DNA from: a virus
Lineage: Duplodnaviria > Caudoviricetes
Length of the DNA: 61,916 nucleotides
Virus record (IMG/VR): IMGVR_UViG_3300032242_001185
Coordinates: 1-61,916 of that record
Reading direction: 5' to 3' (one strand)
This document shows positions 33,965 to 43,999 of the stretch, one piece after another (the stretch's first letter is position 1; every line of letters starts with the position of its first letter). Made by a program: the position numbers and the translations under genes. The notes beneath the pieces are model-generated. The model made no database searches. It saw only the letters and a program-made list of their open reading frames with translations, and was not told the origin of the DNA.

Positions 33965-34384
33965 TTACAAGTTCTGCAGTTCGAGTCCCCGTGACCCGTA
34001 CCTTGCGACCCTTTCAGGTAAATCAATTACACCTTTTAGATTATTGCGGTAAGGCAACTCTCCAATAAAATCTTCAATGTCGTTATACAACTCTGCATAG
34101 TTAAACGGGTTGCCTCCACGAGCATCAAGTCGAGCCATAAGACTATCAAGGTCTTTCTGAGTCCACAACTCGGACTGAAATCCAGCCAGTTCAACCGACA
34201 AACCATACTTGCTTGACTTGTTCCACAAATGAGACAAAGCCAAGTTATTTAAACTAACAAATTTACGTTCAGTAGTGTTTGGCATAATGATGCGTTTGTT
34301 TTCTACAACATCAGAGTTAACAACAACATCCACAGTCACAATAATGCGTGGTGGGCTTTCGTTAGAAATGTCTCCGTTAATCAC
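33965..34384 (-). CDS. Hypothetical protein (possible degenerate HAD-like fold)
   Basis: 139-aa ORF; no intact catalytic motif seen. Confidence 0.6.
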   Translation of the reverse strand: MINGDISNESPPRIIVTVDVVVNSDVVENKRIIMPNTTERKFVSLNNLALSHLWNKSSKYGLSVELAGFQSELWTQKDLDSLMARLDARGGNPFNYAELYNDIEDFIGELPYRNNLKGVIDLPERVARYGSRGLELQNL

Positions 34385-34689
34385 AGTACTTCAATCTTTC
34401 CATACTTGATAACAAGTTCACGAAACGAATCAGTGTCCCGCAAAGAAGCCTGAGCCTCTTCATCATCAATTTCTGCTGGCAAAACCAAATTAAAAACACC
34501 ACCAGTAGCCTTCATTTTTTCTTTAACAAACTTGGTGTGTTTACAACCTGCAATGCTTTGAAACTTTGGACAAGTGCAACGCAACTTGCTTGAGTTCATA
34601 GCGTCAATAGAAACTTCAGAAATAGCCATCTCCTCGTCAATGAACATTTGAATAGTACGCCACTCGATTTCCATAAATTTCCTTTTCAC
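34381..34689 (-). CDS. SWIM-type zinc finger protein
   Basis: CTC-x8-CKH. Confidence 0.7.
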   Translation of the reverse strand: MKRKFMEIEWRTIQMFIDEEMAISEVSIDAMNSSKLRCTCPKFQSIAGCKHTKFVKEKMKATGGVFNLVLPAEIDDEEAQASLRDTDSFRELVIKYGKIEVL

Positions 34690-35393
34690 TTCTGACGCAA
34701 GTCTTTGCCAACGATAACAACACGGCGGAACGCTTCGTGTACAAAACTTCCCATAGCCTCACCATACTGGGCAGCCCAATTGTCACGATTTACATTTGTC
34801 GTAATAATTGTAGGCAACCCTTTGTCGTAACGGGCTCGCAAAATCTCATCAAAAGAAGTGTCATCGTACTTTGAGCCATACTCTTTGCCCAAATCATCCA
34901 AAACCAAAACACGAACATTCAACCAGTCTTCTTTGGCACGCCCATGAAACCCTTCCATCTCACGATACAAGTCACCACGAACATCATCGTCAGCGTTAAT
35001 CAACGCTTTCTTACGAGACAAAAACTCTGGGAAAGTCATGTAATAGATTGGGCGCATAGCATGCTCCGCTTTACCCCCAAGGATACGACTAGCATCCTCT
35101 TCAGGCATACGGCGAATAAACTCCATCAACGCACAAACGGCGTGAGTAGTTTTACCCAAACCAGGTCCACCATCGAAGAGTAGCCCAACACCAGTAGTGC
35201 CAAGACCACCAATGTTTTTAATGACGTCGCCCTCCAACGCCATAGCAAGCCACTCTTCGATGATGGCTGGAAACTTACCCATGTCCTTCACAATGTCTTC
35301 AAAACCAAACCCCATAAAACGGCGAGGAATGTTTGAGTTACGAAACAGCCACTGCCGTTTCAAAGATGACAACTCAGAGATGTCATAAGTCAT
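34686..35393 (-). CDS. DnaC/IstB-like ATPase (helicase loader)
   Basis: IP.RF, GGPGLGKT, LVLDDLGKE, R.R....PTIITTN. Confidence 0.85.
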   Translation of the reverse strand: MTYDISELSSLKRQWLFRNSNIPRRFMGFGFEDIVKDMGKFPAIIEEWLAMALEGDVIKNIGGLGTTGVGLLFDGGPGLGKTTHAVCALMEFIRRMPEEDASRILGGKAEHAMRPIYYMTFPEFLSRKKALINADDDVRGDLYREMEGFHGRAKEDWLNVRVLVLDDLGKEYGSKYDDTSFDEILRARYDKGLPTIITTNVNRDNWAAQYGEAMGSFVHEAFRRVVIVGKDLRQK

Positions 35394-35395
35394 GT

Positions 35396-36298
35396 TTAGC
35401 CCTTCAATTTTTCTTCATAACGCTCAAGCGCCTTACGCCCAGGCATCGAGTTATCAAACTCTTTACCATCAGAAGCATAAACATACACATCAGACTGGAC
35501 AGAGTCAACAGCCCCAGTCGCCGCAACATGTTTAGTAATGGCGTTCAAAAAAGTTCCGTGAGCGCCCTTAGGAAATTTACGAATCGTAGCCAGATTACGT
35601 TCATCAGCAAAAAACTTCTCCAACGCCGCATACTCTTGAGCCGCAGTAATCCCAAACTTCTTACGATTAACATTCAACGCAATCGTCAACCGTTGAGTAT
35701 TAACCAACCCAGGGATACCCCTCACCTTAGCGTAAACCCTAGAAGCAAACTCACTAGCCATCATGGACGCAGTCCATGCGTCCGTAGGACGCTCACTCCG
35801 ATGCTGTTTCTGTTTCTGAACAGGAGTCTGATTCAAAGGAACTTTACCCTCCAAAGAACCAAACCCACCAATCTCAGAATCCTCATCAGACCAACGATTA
35901 ACCACAGAACCCTCCCGAGAAGAATTATTTAACTTACTAGTAGATTTAGTAGACTTAATAGACTTAGTAGTAATTACTACACTTGTTGGTGTGTCACCCA
36001 TGACACTTCCCTCAGCCAACATTTTAGCCCTCGATGTGTCATGGGGGCTACATCGCAAAATTTTATAAGTATTCTCCGACAACAACCCATAATTGCGTTT
36101 TGTACGAGTAACCCGAACCCAACCATCCTCAGCCAACGACTCCACCGCACGATGCACAGAAGAACGAGAATACCCCGTCAACTCACCCAACATCTCCATC
36201 GAAGCACGAACAACACCCTGCCTAGACTCCAAATGGCACAAAGCCAAAAACACCCGCAACTGCGCTGGTTTCAACTCCAACAACGCCAACGAATCCAT
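35396..36298 (-). CDS. Replication initiator-like protein with N-terminal winged HTH
   Basis: S...LGELTGYSRSSVHRAV..L...GWV winged helix; sits upstream of the loader; has an S/T/K-rich linker containing repeats. Confidence 0.7.
   Translation of the reverse strand: MDSLALLELKPAQLRVFLALCHLESRQGVVRASMEMLGELTGYSRSSVHRAVESLAEDGWVRVTRTKRNYGLLSENTYKILRCSPHDTSRAKMLAEGSVMGDTPTSVVITTKSIKSTKSTSKLNNSSREGSVVNRWSDEDSEIGGFGSLEGKVPLNQTPVQKQKQHRSERPTDAWTASMMASEFASRVYAKVRGIPGLVNTQRLTIALNVNRKKFGITAAQEYAALEKFFADERNLATIRKFPKGAHGTFLNAITKHVAATGAVDSVQSDVYVYASDGKEFDNSMPGRKALERYEEKLKG
35938..36045. repeat. Origin-like repeat cluster inside the initiator gene
   Basis: 9-bp periodic TAGTAGATT/TAGTAGACT/TAATAGACT/TAGTAGTAA; palindrome GTAGTAATTACTAC (35967-35980); inverted 10-mers CCCATGACAC (35997) and GTGTCATGGG (36036). 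Confidence 0.65.
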
Positions 36299-36301
36299 AC
36301 C

Positions 36302-36565
36302 CTACCTCCTACGAATAGTCTGAACCTCAACAGGCTTTGAAACCGCCGCCATAATAACCAACGAAACAAAACCAGAAGCACAAGCATAAACAAAAATTTT
36401 GCCGCCACTTACGCCAAGCAACAACAAAGCCGCAAAACTGAAAGGTAACGTAAAAATTAGTTTGATAAGACGGGGAGAAACCCAACCATCAATAAGGGAA
36501 GTAATAAACTCAAGGCTATAACCCGAGGCAAAACCAGCAATAAGTACTGAAATTAAAATGTCCAT
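36302..36565 (-). CDS. Small multi-pass membrane protein (holin-like candidate)
   Basis: 87 aa with about three hydrophobic segments and a basic C-terminus. Confidence 0.55.
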   Translation of the reverse strand: MDILISVLIAGFASGYSLEFITSLIDGWVSPRLIKLIFTLPFSFAALLLLGVSGGKIFVYACASGFVSLVIMAAVSKPVEVQTIRRR

Positions 36566-36574
36566 ACAGACATC

Positions 36575-39403
36575 TTACGATGACCAACCCGAACTTTCCA
36601 AAGTTCTTGTGCCATTAATTCCTGAAGTAATAACAAATGAAGAATTTATTGGCAACATGTTTGGCAGTTCTTTCGCCAAAGTCGTTGCTTTGTTGGTCTT
36701 GTCACGATACATAACTGATACGGAATTGTTTGTTGTGCCTATCCAACTTCCGCCCCTACCCGTGTAAGAGCCATCAAAGTAATCTGTGGCGGTGTAACCC
36801 ACTTCAAGTTGTGCGGCATCAAAATAAATAGTGTTTCCATTACCAGCAATAGTTGCTGTACCTGCAACAGTAATGTTTCCTGTTGTTGCGTTTGTAAAAC
36901 TAAACGTAAAATCACTGACAGCACTGATAGTGTAAGTGCCGTTGTATCCGCTTGGTGTCAACCCAGCAATTGTTACGTTTTGTCCAACTTTAAACCCGTG
37001 AATGGTGGCTGTGGTGAGCGTTACTACCCCTGAAGTGATTGCTGGGGTTTGAATTGGAACTACTGCTGTTGGAGAAAATGCTGTTGCTTTTAAGTACACA
37101 CCTGATGCAAGATACGGAATAAACAACGGGATGTTAAATCGTAAAAATGTTGTTCCGATTGATTGGTTTAAAAGAGTACGGTTTGCCGTACCAATAATTG
37201 AAGCGTTCAATAAGTTGTCGTTTGAATCGTAGGCTTCAACTTTGAATGAAAGGTTTTCTGTACCTGACACAGTGGCAGCGTAAATGGAAAAGTTGTAATA
37301 CTGTCCATAAGGAACTGTGCTAGAACTTTTTGCATACAAAGAAAATGCTGTATTAGCCGTAGTTGTTAAAGCGGTCATGTTAGAACCGTCAAGTTTGATA
37401 CCCGCCAAAGTGCTAAGAATAAAACCTTTGCCTGTGGCAGTTCCTGTACCCGAAGATGTTCCTGTAGTGGTATTAGTAACAGTAAATCCTGTGTATGTTG
37501 GTCCTGCACCAATAACCGATGCCACTGTTATGTTTGCCAAGTTTAACGAAGTTCCTGAAGCAGTTCCCAAACCCGTCACAGTGACCACAGCGCCAACTTT
37601 AAAAGTATTTGAAGCAGTATACGTAACTGTAGTGCCATCGCCTGTAGCGGCGGTAATAGTTGCAGTGTTTACGCCAGAAGAAACCCAGTCAGTATCAGAG
37701 TTATCTACAAGTGAAGGATTTTCAAAGTAGTTAATTTTTTGTGGCAACAAGTTGACTTCTACACCTGCGGGTTCGTAATAAGAAGAACCTCGAGTTTCAT
37801 TAAGATTAGAAAATTGAATCATGTCAAGGTAATAAGTTCCCGCAGCCGCAAATGTAAAATTTAGTGCAGCAAACCAAGCACCAGTAGATGTAGATGTGAC
37901 ACCTGCACTTCCAACATTTCCAGCCACTGTAATGTTGCCTGTGGTGGCATTAGTAAAACTAAATGAGTTGGTTGCTGGAACACCTGTAATTACATACGTT
38001 CCGTTGTAACCCGACGGAGTTAAACCAAAAATAGTTACGCTTTGACCAACAGAAAACCCATGGTTTGTAGAAGTTGTTAGCGTCACAGTTCCACTAGAAA
38101 TAGTTGGTGTTTGAGTTGGGATAACAACTGAGGGAATAGGCGCTGTTGCAGTAAATGAAAGACGTGTCCAAGTGCTACTAGCCGCAGTGGCTGTACCTGA
38201 AACAGTTGCAATTACAGAGTTATTTACGTCATACCAAGTAATGCTTGGAGTTACGGTATTTGTAGAACCTTTAATGTAATAACTAAATTGATAAATTCTG
38301 TTTTGAGTAACAGGAATAGCAGTTAGTTTAGTATTTGTAGTTCCCAAACTCATAACTACGTTTGTTGAAGAAGTAACAACTTTTCCTGTGTATGAGTTAT
38401 CTATTGAGTACAACTCATTTTGATAAGGTAAGTCCGTTGACCCCGTAGTTGCGTTTGAAGTCAATACTCCGTTTGCCCCAATAGTCCAGTTACCAACATT
38501 TTTGTAAAAAGTACTATCTTGAGGTGTAAGCAACATGTTAGGTGTAGACAAAACATTTACGCCAAAACCAGTTAAACTTTGTGAAAAAAGTTGAACTCCA
38601 TCAGAAGTTCCTTTACGCCTATAAATACTTGAAGCATTTTTAATCAAAGATTTTTTTCTTTGAGTACTTAATTGTGCGGGGTTTGGTAAAGCGTATTCTT
38701 TTAACATTAAATCAACAGTTTCAGGATTAATGTTATTTTTTGTTACATCAGGCATTAAAAGGTCAGCGTAAGTTAAAGTTTCGTCTAACGTGTATGCCAT
38801 TCCGCTAAAAAATGTGTAAAAATCACTGGTAATGTCTACTTCATCAAGGTAAGACTGGGCAGCAGTAGAATACACTTTTGGAAACAATTCCATAAACTTT
38901 AAATCAGATGTTTTAAGAACTGTATTATCCAAGTTAATGATTGGGTGAGTTTTTGGAATCAAACAATAGTTGTAGGCTGCCATTGACCATGTTCCGTCAG
39001 CCAATAAAATCCACACAGTGTAATACGCAAACTTACCTGGGGTTAAAGGAGTTCCAGTTAATTCATCATAAATTTCAGAAACAGCAGGTGTTGCTGGAAC
39101 ATAAGTTTCAAGAACAATAACGCCATCTTCTTCATTTTCAGAATAACCTTCTTGATTTCTTACAATACGGAAACCATAAAGAACACCTGTTGGATTTGTC
39201 CAATGAAGGTAAACTTTTGGTCGGGTAACAGTTTGAGTTCCATAAGTAAGGGTTCCGCTAGAGGCTCTAGAAGTTACGATAGAGGAAGTGTAATCACTGC
39301 TTCCAATAGCGGTAACGGTAAGTGGTTCTGCAGAGTAAGCAATTTTTGACGAATCACCGTATCTGGTGCCGTCATTGTATTTAAACTTATTGTAAATACC
39401 CAA
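36575..39403 (-). CDS. Baseplate wedge/tail protein (P2 gpI-like region plus carbohydrate-binding-like domains and inserted beta modules)
   Basis: FP..Y...D, IYRRKGT..G; WTRLSFTATAP and YFDAAQLE.G..ATDYFDG motifs; follows the baseplate J gene. Confidence 0.75.
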   Translation of the reverse strand: MGIYNKFKYNDGTRYGDSSKIAYSAEPLTVTAIGSSDYTSSIVTSRASSGTLTYGTQTVTRPKVYLHWTNPTGVLYGFRIVRNQEGYSENEEDGVIVLETYVPATPAVSEIYDELTGTPLTPGKFAYYTVWILLADGTWSMAAYNYCLIPKTHPIINLDNTVLKTSDLKFMELFPKVYSTAAQSYLDEVDITSDFYTFFSGMAYTLDETLTYADLLMPDVTKNNINPETVDLMLKEYALPNPAQLSTQRKKSLIKNASSIYRRKGTSDGVQLFSQSLTGFGVNVLSTPNMLLTPQDSTFYKNVGNWTIGANGVLTSNATTGSTDLPYQNELYSIDNSYTGKVVTSSTNVVMSLGTTNTKLTAIPVTQNRIYQFSYYIKGSTNTVTPSITWYDVNNSVIATVSGTATAASSTWTRLSFTATAPIPSVVIPTQTPTISSGTVTLTTSTNHGFSVGQSVTIFGLTPSGYNGTYVITGVPATNSFSFTNATTGNITVAGNVGSAGVTSTSTGAWFAALNFTFAAAGTYYLDMIQFSNLNETRGSSYYEPAGVEVNLLPQKINYFENPSLVDNSDTDWVSSGVNTATITAATGDGTTVTYTASNTFKVGAVVTVTGLGTASGTSLNLANITVASVIGAGPTYTGFTVTNTTTGTSSGTGTATGKGFILSTLAGIKLDGSNMTALTTTANTAFSLYAKSSSTVPYGQYYNFSIYAATVSGTENLSFKVEAYDSNDNLLNASIIGTANRTLLNQSIGTTFLRFNIPLFIPYLASGVYLKATAFSPTAVVPIQTPAITSGVVTLTTATIHGFKVGQNVTIAGLTPSGYNGTYTISAVSDFTFSFTNATTGNITVAGTATIAGNGNTIYFDAAQLEVGYTATDYFDGSYTGRGGSWIGTTNNSVSVMYRDKTNKATTLAKELPNMLPINSSFVITSGINGTRTLESSGWSS

Positions 39404-39412
39404 TGGTTACTC

Positions 39413-39832
39413 CTATGAAGCCGAACCACCGTCAATGGCAGAAATCCAACCATCTTTAGTTATAGATGTAATAGTGGTTCCGCTTGTGTTGTTGTAATTA
39501 ACAAGATTGCCTGTGCCTGAAGTTTGATAAGTCATACCCACAGTTGTGCTAGTTGAGGCAATAGTAGACCCACCAGTTGTTTTTACACGAGCATTAAATG
39601 CTGTGTTTAAACCGTATTCAACGTTTTGAAGTCGGGCAGCAACAGTTGTAAAGTTGGTGGTTGCTTGGTCAAAAGTTCCAGACCAACCAAGAGTGGTGGC
39701 TGGAGTAATTCCCACAGTTGTTTCAATTTGGGTAACTTCATCGTATAGCAAGTTAACGTCAGATGCAATGACGGTATCAGTGTTGTCTACTTTATTGGTA
39801 AATGACCTGATGGCGGCTGGGTATGTAGCCAT
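39413..39832 (-). CDS. Minor tail/baseplate-associated structural protein
   Basis: MATYP...K...A.DVN.L..EV..IE..VG; Thr-rich; tail-module context. Confidence 0.6.
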   Translation of the reverse strand: MATYPAAIRSFTNKVDNTDTVIASDVNLLYDEVTQIETTVGITPATTLGWSGTFDQATTNFTTVAARLQNVEYGLNTAFNARVKTTGGSTIASTSTTVGMTYQTSGTGNLVNYNNTSGTTITSITKDGWISAIDGGSAS

Positions 39833-39891
39833 GTTAACTCCTAAATCTTTCTTCTAGTTTGCCTTATTACAGGCGGTTTTACAGGGTGTAG

Positions 39892-40146
39892 TTAAAACTG
39901 CCCTAACCAAACAGGGTATGAAGGGTCTCCACCTTCAAACATAACAAACATTCCAGTACCAATGACTGGGATGTTTCTGCTTAAACCTACTGGGTAGACC
40001 CCCCAAGACCAACCAGTTTCTTCGTCAAGAAGAACTTGAGGTACTTTAAGTTTTAACCGACCTTTGTTTAAAGGGTCTTTGTTGTTAGTGACAACCCCCC
40101 GATAAACTCCATAAAAACGACGGTTACCCGATTCATCTTTAATCAT
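39892..40146 (-). CDS. Baseplate spike (gp5/gpV) N-terminal OB-fold protein, very short
   Basis: YRGVV....DP...GRL...VP...P..G..V.FEGGD..YPVWLG. Confidence 0.85.
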   Translation of the reverse strand: MIKDESGNRRFYGVYRGVVTNNKDPLNKGRLKLKVPQVLLDEETGWSWGVYPVGLSRNIPVIGTGMFVMFEGGDPSYPVWLGQF

Positions 40147-42053
40147 TACTTAGTGACCTTGATGTAATACGTGTTTGTGTTGACACTATCTGCTGAAGTA
40201 ACAGTTACTGCAATAGTGTTTACACCTGTAGTCAAAGTAAGCGAAGCACTGGCTGCACCACTAGTAATAGCAGTAGAAGACCCTACAGTTCCAGAACCAT
40301 TAGTAAACACATACGCAACTGTTGCAACGCTATTAACAGTAGTTGGGGTAAACGTCATTGAGGTGCTGGTTGATGTAAACGCATAAGTTTTAGTCAAAGC
40401 ATAAAACGTAGGCATTGTCCCATTACCAATAGTCACCGAAAGGTTAGACAAACTAGCAATTGGATAAACGGATGTGTTGCCATCTGTAAAAACAAAGTAT
40501 TCGCCATTTGCTGGAACCAAAGTTGAACGAGCCGAACTTCCACCATGGCGGAACAGTTTAACAATACGAACAGAATCAATACCGTTAACAGTGCTCAAGT
40601 TTTGTTCCAACTTTTCAGGGCGAATAGTGGTGTCAAAATCTAGATAGTTAAACCCGTTACCAAACAAAACTGCGGTTTTAAAATCCGCAATAACCTGAGC
40701 ATCTGTATAACCATTAAGTTTTACGTATTCCAAAACCAAATCTACGGGAATGTAAGTTGGCGGCAAAATACTAATTGTTGTACCAATTTGAGTTTTTCCA
40801 GAAAAGTATGTTGCAACATCATTTTTTAAAATGTACCAAGCAGGAGAAATAGTGGAATTGTTGCTTAAATACCCAGGGTAATAATCTGCAGATGAATCAG
40901 AAACAGTTGGCGCAATGTACAAGTTTACTAAAGCAGCATTAGAAGCATACGCCGTAGCCTTACCTACGCCAGGCACAACTAAAGCAAGGTTTTTAAAATC
41001 TTGCAAACTTACAGCCCGTTCAACAGTTCTAAAAGCCAATGGTGCATTGCGGCGAATACTTGAATTTGATTCTGGGTCTTCACCACCATAACCAGAAGTT
41101 GAATAAACAATAGTTAAGTATGGTGTCAAATCTGTTTTAAGAACACCGCTTGCATTTGGAACACTAATAATAGAAAATGTTTTTGTTGATTGGTTGTTGA
41201 TGTTAATGTTGCCTTCAAGACCGCCACCATACACGTAATCAACTTTAATTTCGTCACCATACACTGGAATAGCGCCAGAAATGCCATCACCAAAAATAAT
41301 AGACACATAGTTGTTAGCATCAATTGATAAAGCGTAAACAAAATCCCCTGAAGAGTACTCATTAATGTTGTCTACTTGATTCCAAATAGTAAACGTGTCA
41401 CCATTTCTAACATACACGTTTACAGAATCATCTACTACTTGATTGTATTTAAGAGTAAATGTTTGGTTGCCGTAACCATTTGAATACCCAAGCAGTTCAC
41501 CTGCAATGTCAAAAGCATCGTTAGTATCCGCCAAATTTTCTGGCAATGAAGAAATCTGTCTTCCATGGCGTAATGTTGTTGCCGTAGAACCTGTTCCAGC
41601 AATTACAACATCATCCTCAACCGTAAAATAAGACACAATAGTTGTAGAGTTTCCCGAAGTAACCAAAACAACGCTAGTAGACAAAACAGTGCCACTAGGA
41701 AGAGTTAAATCTGTGGCTTTTGAATTAGCCACTTGAACATCTAAATAGGCTCGTTTATAGCCTGAAGGTTTATACCCGTACTCAGCAGCCAAATTAATAA
41801 TGCTTGAACGTTGAACTGCAGTACTTAAAAATTGTTCATTAGCCACACGGTCAATGTAATAGTTAGTAATGTCACCAACGTGAGCAAATGCTTCAACAAT
41901 AGCAATACCAAAATCTGCAGGGTCGTTAGCGTTCCACACTTTACCTTGAGTGTTTACTCTGTTTTGTACTCGAGTAATCAAATCATCCCGCAAAGAATAA
42001 AAATCTCTACTGGTGTAGTTAATAGATGTAGAAAGGGCATTTGTATTTGCCAT
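40146..42053 (-). CDS. Baseplate wedge J/gp6-like protein with C-terminal cadherin-like beta-sandwich
   Basis: YTSRDF, DFG...E.FA, D...NE.FL.TA, FGDG..G.IP, GG.D.ES and RAVS..DF. Confidence 0.9.
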   Translation of the reverse strand: MANTNALSTSINYTSRDFYSLRDDLITRVQNRVNTQGKVWNANDPADFGIAIVEAFAHVGDITNYYIDRVANEQFLSTAVQRSSIINLAAEYGYKPSGYKRAYLDVQVANSKATDLTLPSGTVLSTSVVLVTSGNSTTIVSYFTVEDDVVIAGTGSTATTLRHGRQISSLPENLADTNDAFDIAGELLGYSNGYGNQTFTLKYNQVVDDSVNVYVRNGDTFTIWNQVDNINEYSSGDFVYALSIDANNYVSIIFGDGISGAIPVYGDEIKVDYVYGGGLEGNININNQSTKTFSIISVPNASGVLKTDLTPYLTIVYSTSGYGGEDPESNSSIRRNAPLAFRTVERAVSLQDFKNLALVVPGVGKATAYASNAALVNLYIAPTVSDSSADYYPGYLSNNSTISPAWYILKNDVATYFSGKTQIGTTISILPPTYIPVDLVLEYVKLNGYTDAQVIADFKTAVLFGNGFNYLDFDTTIRPEKLEQNLSTVNGIDSVRIVKLFRHGGSSARSTLVPANGEYFVFTDGNTSVYPIASLSNLSVTIGNGTMPTFYALTKTYAFTSTSTSMTFTPTTVNSVATVAYVFTNGSGTVGSSTAITSGAASASLTLTTGVNTIAVTVTSADSVNTNTYYIKVTK

Positions 42054-42454
42054 TAGACCTCCTGTGGGGGTGAATTGCCGTTAAGGGAAACTGACCCAAT
42101 TTGGGTGGTTTGTAAGTCATTATTAGGGAGACGATAGTTAACTCGAACATTTAAAGTTGCGTTACTAATGTCAAAGTCAGTATCAACACTAATAAGCGTT
42201 AACAAAGGCAAAAAATTAGCAAACGCTTTACCTATTTCGTCAACAACTCCAATAGCCGCTTCACCTTCAGTCATAAAAACTTCTTGATGCACTCGACTAC
42301 CAAAATAGTATCTGTGCACTCTTTCACTAATTGCAGTTCCAATTACAGTCAAAACTCTGTCTGACCAAATTTGAGTTTGGTCAACAGTACTTTCCACTGC
42401 CCCAGAAATACCTAATCTAAAAGGTAAAGCAACAGCATACTCAACAGTAGACAT
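42053..42454 (-). CDS. Baseplate gp25/GpW-like protein
   Basis: LPF...T...ER...FGS; conserved gene position. Confidence 0.8.
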   Translation of the reverse strand: MSTVEYAVALPFRLGISGAVESTVDQTQIWSDRVLTVIGTAISERVHRYYFGSRVHQEVFMTEGEAAIGVVDEIGKAFANFLPLLTLISVDTDFDISNATLNVRVNYRLPNNDLQTTQIGSVSLNGNSPPQEV

Positions 42455-43731
42455 TAGTTACCTTCCTTAGATAAATACCGCCATAATGCGGGTGTGCGAT
42501 TAAACCCTTGTTTTGTTTCTTTAACAAAAAAATTTTTAGTTGTAAGCGAATAATTTGCTTCCGAACTTAAATGAGTTTGGTTTGCTTGTGCTTCAACCAA
42601 GTTTACCATTCCAACTGGGCTTGTAGTGCCTGGTCGGGTAGTGGTTATCTTATTTAACCCTGTCCCATCAATGTTGGCTTTCATTTCAATTTGATAATCT
42701 CCAACACGTGCAAATTTGTGGTGTACTTCTCTAGCAATCCAAAAACCGTCAGTAACAGACCCAGTATTTTCTACAACAACAGGTGCAAACGGTTTAATAC
42801 GAGGGTCACCTTGACATTTAATGTAAGCGGGCATGTTTAATCTTCCAAGATGAGCAGCCCCTTTGGACAAGGCTATAGCCGTATCGTGCGTGTTAGTTAC
42901 TTGGTCAGAAACAATTTCAGAAAACAAAACATCGTTAACAGTTTCTTTAAGATTTTCTCCAATTTCTGAAGGAGAACTTACGGAAGTAAGTTGGTTGCTA
43001 GTTAAAGGGTCAATTCCGCTAATTGTTTTAACAGTCCTCATTGCGCCCAAATTTTCAACATGTTCACCATTAATCACTTTAAACATGTCCAAAGTTCGGT
43101 CCATAAAATGAGAGTTAATACCTGTTTCTTTTGTAAGCATGCTTAATACAGGGACATTAGTAATGTTTTGATTAATAAGTTTGTCTAAAGGTCTAAAGTA
43201 AAACGTCATTTGGTCCACAAGAACTCCGTAACCAATACGTTTTGCTTGTTCTTGAATCCATTCCCAATACGAATGACCAGCAATTGTTAATTGGTCAAAA
43301 ACAACACCGTTATCTTCCCCAACAAATTTAAATCCAAAATCCATAACAATTGATTCCACAGCCTTGGAAATTGTGCTATTTTCAAATACTTTTGTAGTTC
43401 TTTCTTTTAACGGAAATGTTGAACCAATACAGTGAACTTCCATTGGTTCTTGAATTTGTCCTGCAACTTTTTTATTAACAAAAGAAACGTAACCAATCCA
43501 TGAAGTTTTATACTGACCTTGTTTCCAACTAAACTGAATAGGAACACCAGTTTTAACAATTTCAAACCATGTAGAACTTGTTTGAAAAAATTCTAAAATT
43601 AAAACATCATGATGGTATGGTTTTTGAATTAATTCAACTCGACTTGGAGTCAAATTTAAAGATGGCAAAGTAGGAAGCGACACAGCGTATTCTGTGCCTC
43701 TACGAAATTTAACTGAACTTAAACTAGCCAT
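42454..43731 (-). CDS. Baseplate hub (gp27/GpD/VgrG-like)
   Basis: SYWEW....AKRIGY, GDP.I and W....V.H motifs; position between the LysM-like and gp25 genes. Confidence 0.75.
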   Translation of the reverse strand: MASLSSVKFRRGTEYAVSLPTLPSLNLTPSRVELIQKPYHHDVLILEFFQTSSTWFEIVKTGVPIQFSWKQGQYKTSWIGYVSFVNKKVAGQIQEPMEVHCIGSTFPLKERTTKVFENSTISKAVESIVMDFGFKFVGEDNGVVFDQLTIAGHSYWEWIQEQAKRIGYGVLVDQMTFYFRPLDKLINQNITNVPVLSMLTKETGINSHFMDRTLDMFKVINGEHVENLGAMRTVKTISGIDPLTSNQLTSVSSPSEIGENLKETVNDVLFSEIVSDQVTNTHDTAIALSKGAAHLGRLNMPAYIKCQGDPRIKPFAPVVVENTGSVTDGFWIAREVHHKFARVGDYQIEMKANIDGTGLNKITTTRPGTTSPVGMVNLVEAQANQTHLSSEANYSLTTKNFFVKETKQGFNRTPALWRYLSKEGN

Positions 43732-43999
43732 TAGGTATTCTTACTGATGTTCCTGGAGGAATGTTAAAACCATCTAAAATTTCTGGATTGTAATCCATAA
43801 TTAAATGCCAAGAATTGCTATTACCAAAAATTCTTTGAGCAATAATGTCAATTCGGTCTCCTGCTGTCCAAACGTACGTGTAATACATTGCTTCCGTATT
43901 AGGAAATGTTCGAGTAACGGTAAGTTGCATTTTAGTTGTTCTAGCATCATTTGCTTTAAAAATAATCCCGTTAGCGTAACGGCTGTCACCATAAATCAA
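43724..43999 (-). CDS. LysM/tail X-like baseplate protein
   Basis: SRY...GDRID.IA...G....W..I.D.NP...PG..RIP. Confidence 0.85.
   Translation of the reverse strand: MIYGDSRYANGIIFKANDARTTKMQLTVTRTFPNTEAMYYTYVWTAGDRIDIIAQRIFGNSNSWHLIMDYNPEILDGFNIPPGTSVRIPNG

Noticed and set aside
35333-36340. + strand ORFs (199 aa and 99 aa) opposite the initiator gene
   Set aside because: They arise from the T-poor, C/A-skewed + strand lacking stop codons; unnatural composition and no SD.
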